Shown one piece after another: positions 24,018 to 25,828 of a DNA stretch of 25,828 bases. This DNA comes from a virus (lineage: Duplodnaviria > Caudoviricetes). The notes beneath the pieces were generated by a model that saw only the letters and a program-made list of their open reading frames with translations, did no database searches and had not been told where the DNA came from. The stretch is taken from IMG/VR virus record IMGVR_UViG_3300025838_000116, positions 1 to 25,828 of that record. One strand, given 5' to 3'. The position numbers were made by a program, and so were the translations under genes. Positions within the stretch are counted from its first letter, which is position 1. Every line of letters starts with the position of its first letter.

Positions 24018-24110
24018 TTATCCGTGAGCTATCTTAGGCGTTGTGATAAAGCTCATACCATCTTCAAACCCCTGTTGATAAGCCATGTCATAGATTTCTT
24101 GCAAACTCAT
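24018..24110 (-). CDS. Small hypothetical protein (about 30 aa, start uncertain)
   Basis: MSLQEIYDMAYQQGFEDGMSFITTPKIAHG; fills the gap; the stop abuts the tRNA 5' end. Confidence 0.5.
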   Translation of the reverse strand: MSLQEIYDMAYQQGFEDGMSFITTPKIAHG

Positions 24111-24121
24111 GTTTTTCAGCT

Positions 24122-24451
24122 CTATGATATGTCCTCTATCCGCAGAGTGTACTTGCCCGTCTTTGCGCTCTTCCTCCAGCCGTGCACGACTACTTTGATG
24201 TTCGCTTTCCTGACCCATGATAATGTCTCACTTTCTTGAATTTTTTTGATACGAGATGACACGCCAGATGCGGTCACTTGGACTGCCATTATCTCCTCAC
24301 CTCTCAGGCAAAGTAAATCACACCACCCCCACAAGTCCTTGCGTACCCTCGCAAAAGGATTCCAGTGCTCAACTATCTCCACCAGCCACCCTTCCTCTCT
24401 TAAGTGCGCTAACGAACGTTGTGTAGGTGATGTTTTTTTAGTTACCATCAA
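24122..24451 (-). CDS. PD-(D/E)xK nuclease, Holliday-junction-resolvase-like
   Basis: 'LREEGWLVEIVE...KDLWGWCDLLCLR..EIMAVQVT', an Hjc-like pattern. Confidence 0.7.
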   Translation of the reverse strand: MMVTKKTSPTQRSLAHLREEGWLVEIVEHWNPFARVRKDLWGWCDLLCLRGEEIMAVQVTASGVSSRIKKIQESETLSWVRKANIKVVVHGWRKSAKTGKYTLRIEDIS

Positions 24452-24765
24452 AAAGGAATGTCTGGGTCAGAGTCGTGACTAAATTTTCTAGGTTTAGCGT
24501 AACCAGGTGTAACCTCTTTCGGCTGCTGGTCCTCTAGCTTCTTTTTCTTCAGCCAATTGTCCTCACGAACAGAGAACATGGTTGTCCCCATCTTGGTTTG
24601 CTTTTGCCAGAGACCAAAATTAAGGCGTTCACCTGCTTTGTAGTCCATGTCAAGCACCACGTGACCCGTGAAATCTGGTCCTTGTGGGTGTTTCTTGTCT
24701 TCAGGTGCGACAAAGAAAAGTGTCCCGTAGCCTGGTTTGTCGGGGTAGTTTGGATTAGATGCCAT
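24448..24765 (-). CDS. Probable single-stranded DNA-binding protein (105 aa)
   Basis: Start reassigned to ATG 24765 (AGGAG SD); 'GTLF..KKHPQGPDFTG' and acidic C-terminal DSDPDIPF tail characteristic of SSBs. Confidence 0.7.
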   Translation of the reverse strand: MASNPNYPDKPGYGTLFFVAPEDKKHPQGPDFTGHVVLDMDYKAGERLNFGLWQKQTKMGTTMFSVREDNWLKKKKLEDQQPKEVTPGYAKPRKFSHDSDPDIPF

Positions 24766-24949
24766 GTGTTTTTTCTCCTGATAAATATTTGTACGAGGCG
24801 AACTCTGAGCCGTTGTTTTTAACCATTGTTGTAATGATTGGGTGTCCTTCTTTTCTAAGGACTTCGATATGGGCTGCAAGCCTGAAGCTCCCATAATGTG
24901 CGAGTGCGTCTTGGGGTGTGATGGATAATCCATTTTGTAAGTGTCTCAA
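24755..24949 (-). CDS. Winged helix-turn-helix domain (HTH_39-like), probably expressed as a -1 frameshift extension of RecT
   Basis: 'TQKGNILRHLQNGLSITPQDALAHYGSFRLAAHIEVLRKEGHPI'; the first helix begins upstream of the only conventional start (TTG 24949). Confidence 0.75.
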   Translation of the reverse strand: MRHLQNGLSITPQDALAHYGSFRLAAHIEVLRKEGHPIITTMVKNNGSEFASYKYLSGEKTHGI

Positions 24950-25014
24950 GATGTTACCTTTCTGAGTGCCTATACGTCCTGAGACACTACTGCTTTTGGG
25001 AGTGGGTTACCTCC
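24941..25014 (-). promoter_or_regulatory. -1 programmed ribosomal frameshift signal
   Basis: GGAGGT (25014-09), 8 nt, in-frame C_CCA_AAA (25000-24994), 6 nt, 11-bp stem GTGTCTCAGGA/TCTTGAGACAC. Confidence 0.7.
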
Positions 25015-25791
25015 AGCTTCTCCGATAGCAGCCTTCAGCTTAAGTTTTTCAACCGTCTGAAAACCCTCAACTACCAGCTCATTTGCCATCTTCAGTGAAT
25101 CTACTTTCTTAGACTTTTCAGATTCGACAATCTTGTTGGATGACATGATTCTGCTGACCATGTTGCCGTAAGCACTAATCCAGTCTTCAACAGTGTGGTA
25201 GCTAGAGTGTGGCTCGTCTAGGTTGGGGACGTAGAGCTTAAACGCTCCATCTTCCACAACGTCAATTGGCTGAGTGTCCTCAACTCGCTCCGCAACACCC
25301 ATGTCAATCGTTTTACTTGGTTTAAAGTCTTGAATCTCCTCTGGCGTATAAACCCCAACAACACAGCCTGGATAGACCGAACGTATACCCTCGCTGACGC
25401 ACCTTGCTCTGAGCATAGCCCTGGGGTAATTCCTCCAGTTGTCTTTGTTCGCAATGCCGATGCTCTTTGCCTGTGCCAACGACCAACTGACTTCAAGAGA
25501 CCCGCCTGACGGGTGAGAGAATATGCCTGTGACAACCGCATCTGTGTATTCCTTCCAATTAACGCTACCTCCTGCCTGCTGAAATCTAGCTAACATGGCA
25601 TCTGCCTTGAGAGCTGGTCGACCTTGAATGACATGGTAATCCCGCATAGCAACTGCTGGGTGTAAATTCTCAGCTTGGCATAGCAACATGATTGCCATCG
25701 CCTCTTGAGGATTCTTGAAACCGAACATCTTGCTAGACGCTGCAACCTCTGCCATTTGTGTAATGTCTTGTAGTGGTACTAAATTATTCAT
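24970..25791 (-). CDS. RecT/Redbeta-like single-strand annealing protein
   Basis: 273 aa; 'YHVIQGRPALKADAM', 'AQAKSIGI..KDNWRNYPRAMLRARCVSEGIRSVYP..GVYTPEE'; GAGGT SD. Confidence 0.82.
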   Translation of the reverse strand: MNNLVPLQDITQMAEVAASSKMFGFKNPQEAMAIMLLCQAENLHPAVAMRDYHVIQGRPALKADAMLARFQQAGGSVNWKEYTDAVVTGIFSHPSGGSLEVSWSLAQAKSIGIANKDNWRNYPRAMLRARCVSEGIRSVYPGCVVGVYTPEEIQDFKPSKTIDMGVAERVEDTQPIDVVEDGAFKLYVPNLDEPHSSYHTVEDWISAYGNMVSRIMSSNKIVESEKSKKVDSLKMANELVVEGFQTVEKLKLKAAIGEAGGNPLPKAVVSQDV

Positions 25792-25828
25792 GGTTAACCT
25801 CTCTTTGTTTCATCATTGCGTCTGCCCA
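25784..25828 (-). CDS. 3' end of a small phage protein (truncated by the window edge)
   Basis: ...WADAMMKQREVNHE*; overlaps the RecT start. Confidence 0.55.
   Translation of the reverse strand, partial: WADAMMKQREVNHE

Noticed and set aside
1-25828. CRISPR array, DGR, integrase, alternative genetic code
   Set aside because: No regularly spaced repeats, reverse transcriptase or recombinase motifs seen; genes tile densely under the standard code, with TAA, TGA and TAG all used as stops.

Overview
A 25.8-kb segment of a tailed dsDNA bacteriophage with podovirus-like (P22/T7-style) organisation. The + strand (52-22043) carries the late module: portal, scaffold, major capsid, probable decoration proteins, head-tail adaptor, gp10/nozzle-like protein, two tail fibres interrupted by an antisense HNH endonuclease, four probable ejection proteins, 3TM holin, M15 endolysin and several small, very basic proteins. 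The - strand (22082-25828) carries a convergent early/middle module: RecT/Redbeta-like annealase, winged HTH, SSB-like protein, PD-(D/E)xK resolvase, tRNA-Lys(UUU), GT-A glycosyltransferase and FkbM methyltransferase. The strongest unexplained signals are: (1) a textbook -1 ribosomal frameshift cassette that would fuse RecT to the HTH domain; (2) a ~135-nt structured RNA after the portal in which an 11-codon Lys/Arg peptide ORF is bracketed by two H-type pseudoknots, next to a second 14-codon protamine-like ORF; (3) another enclosed pseudoknot between the tRNA and the glycosyltransferase; (4) an unannotated 113-aa gene with no ATG/GTG/TTG start; (5) N-X-S/T sequon enrichment in exposed virion proteins, suggesting virion glycosylation. 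All product calls come from motif recognition and gene order, and all structures from manual base-pairing; no searches or folding programs were run.
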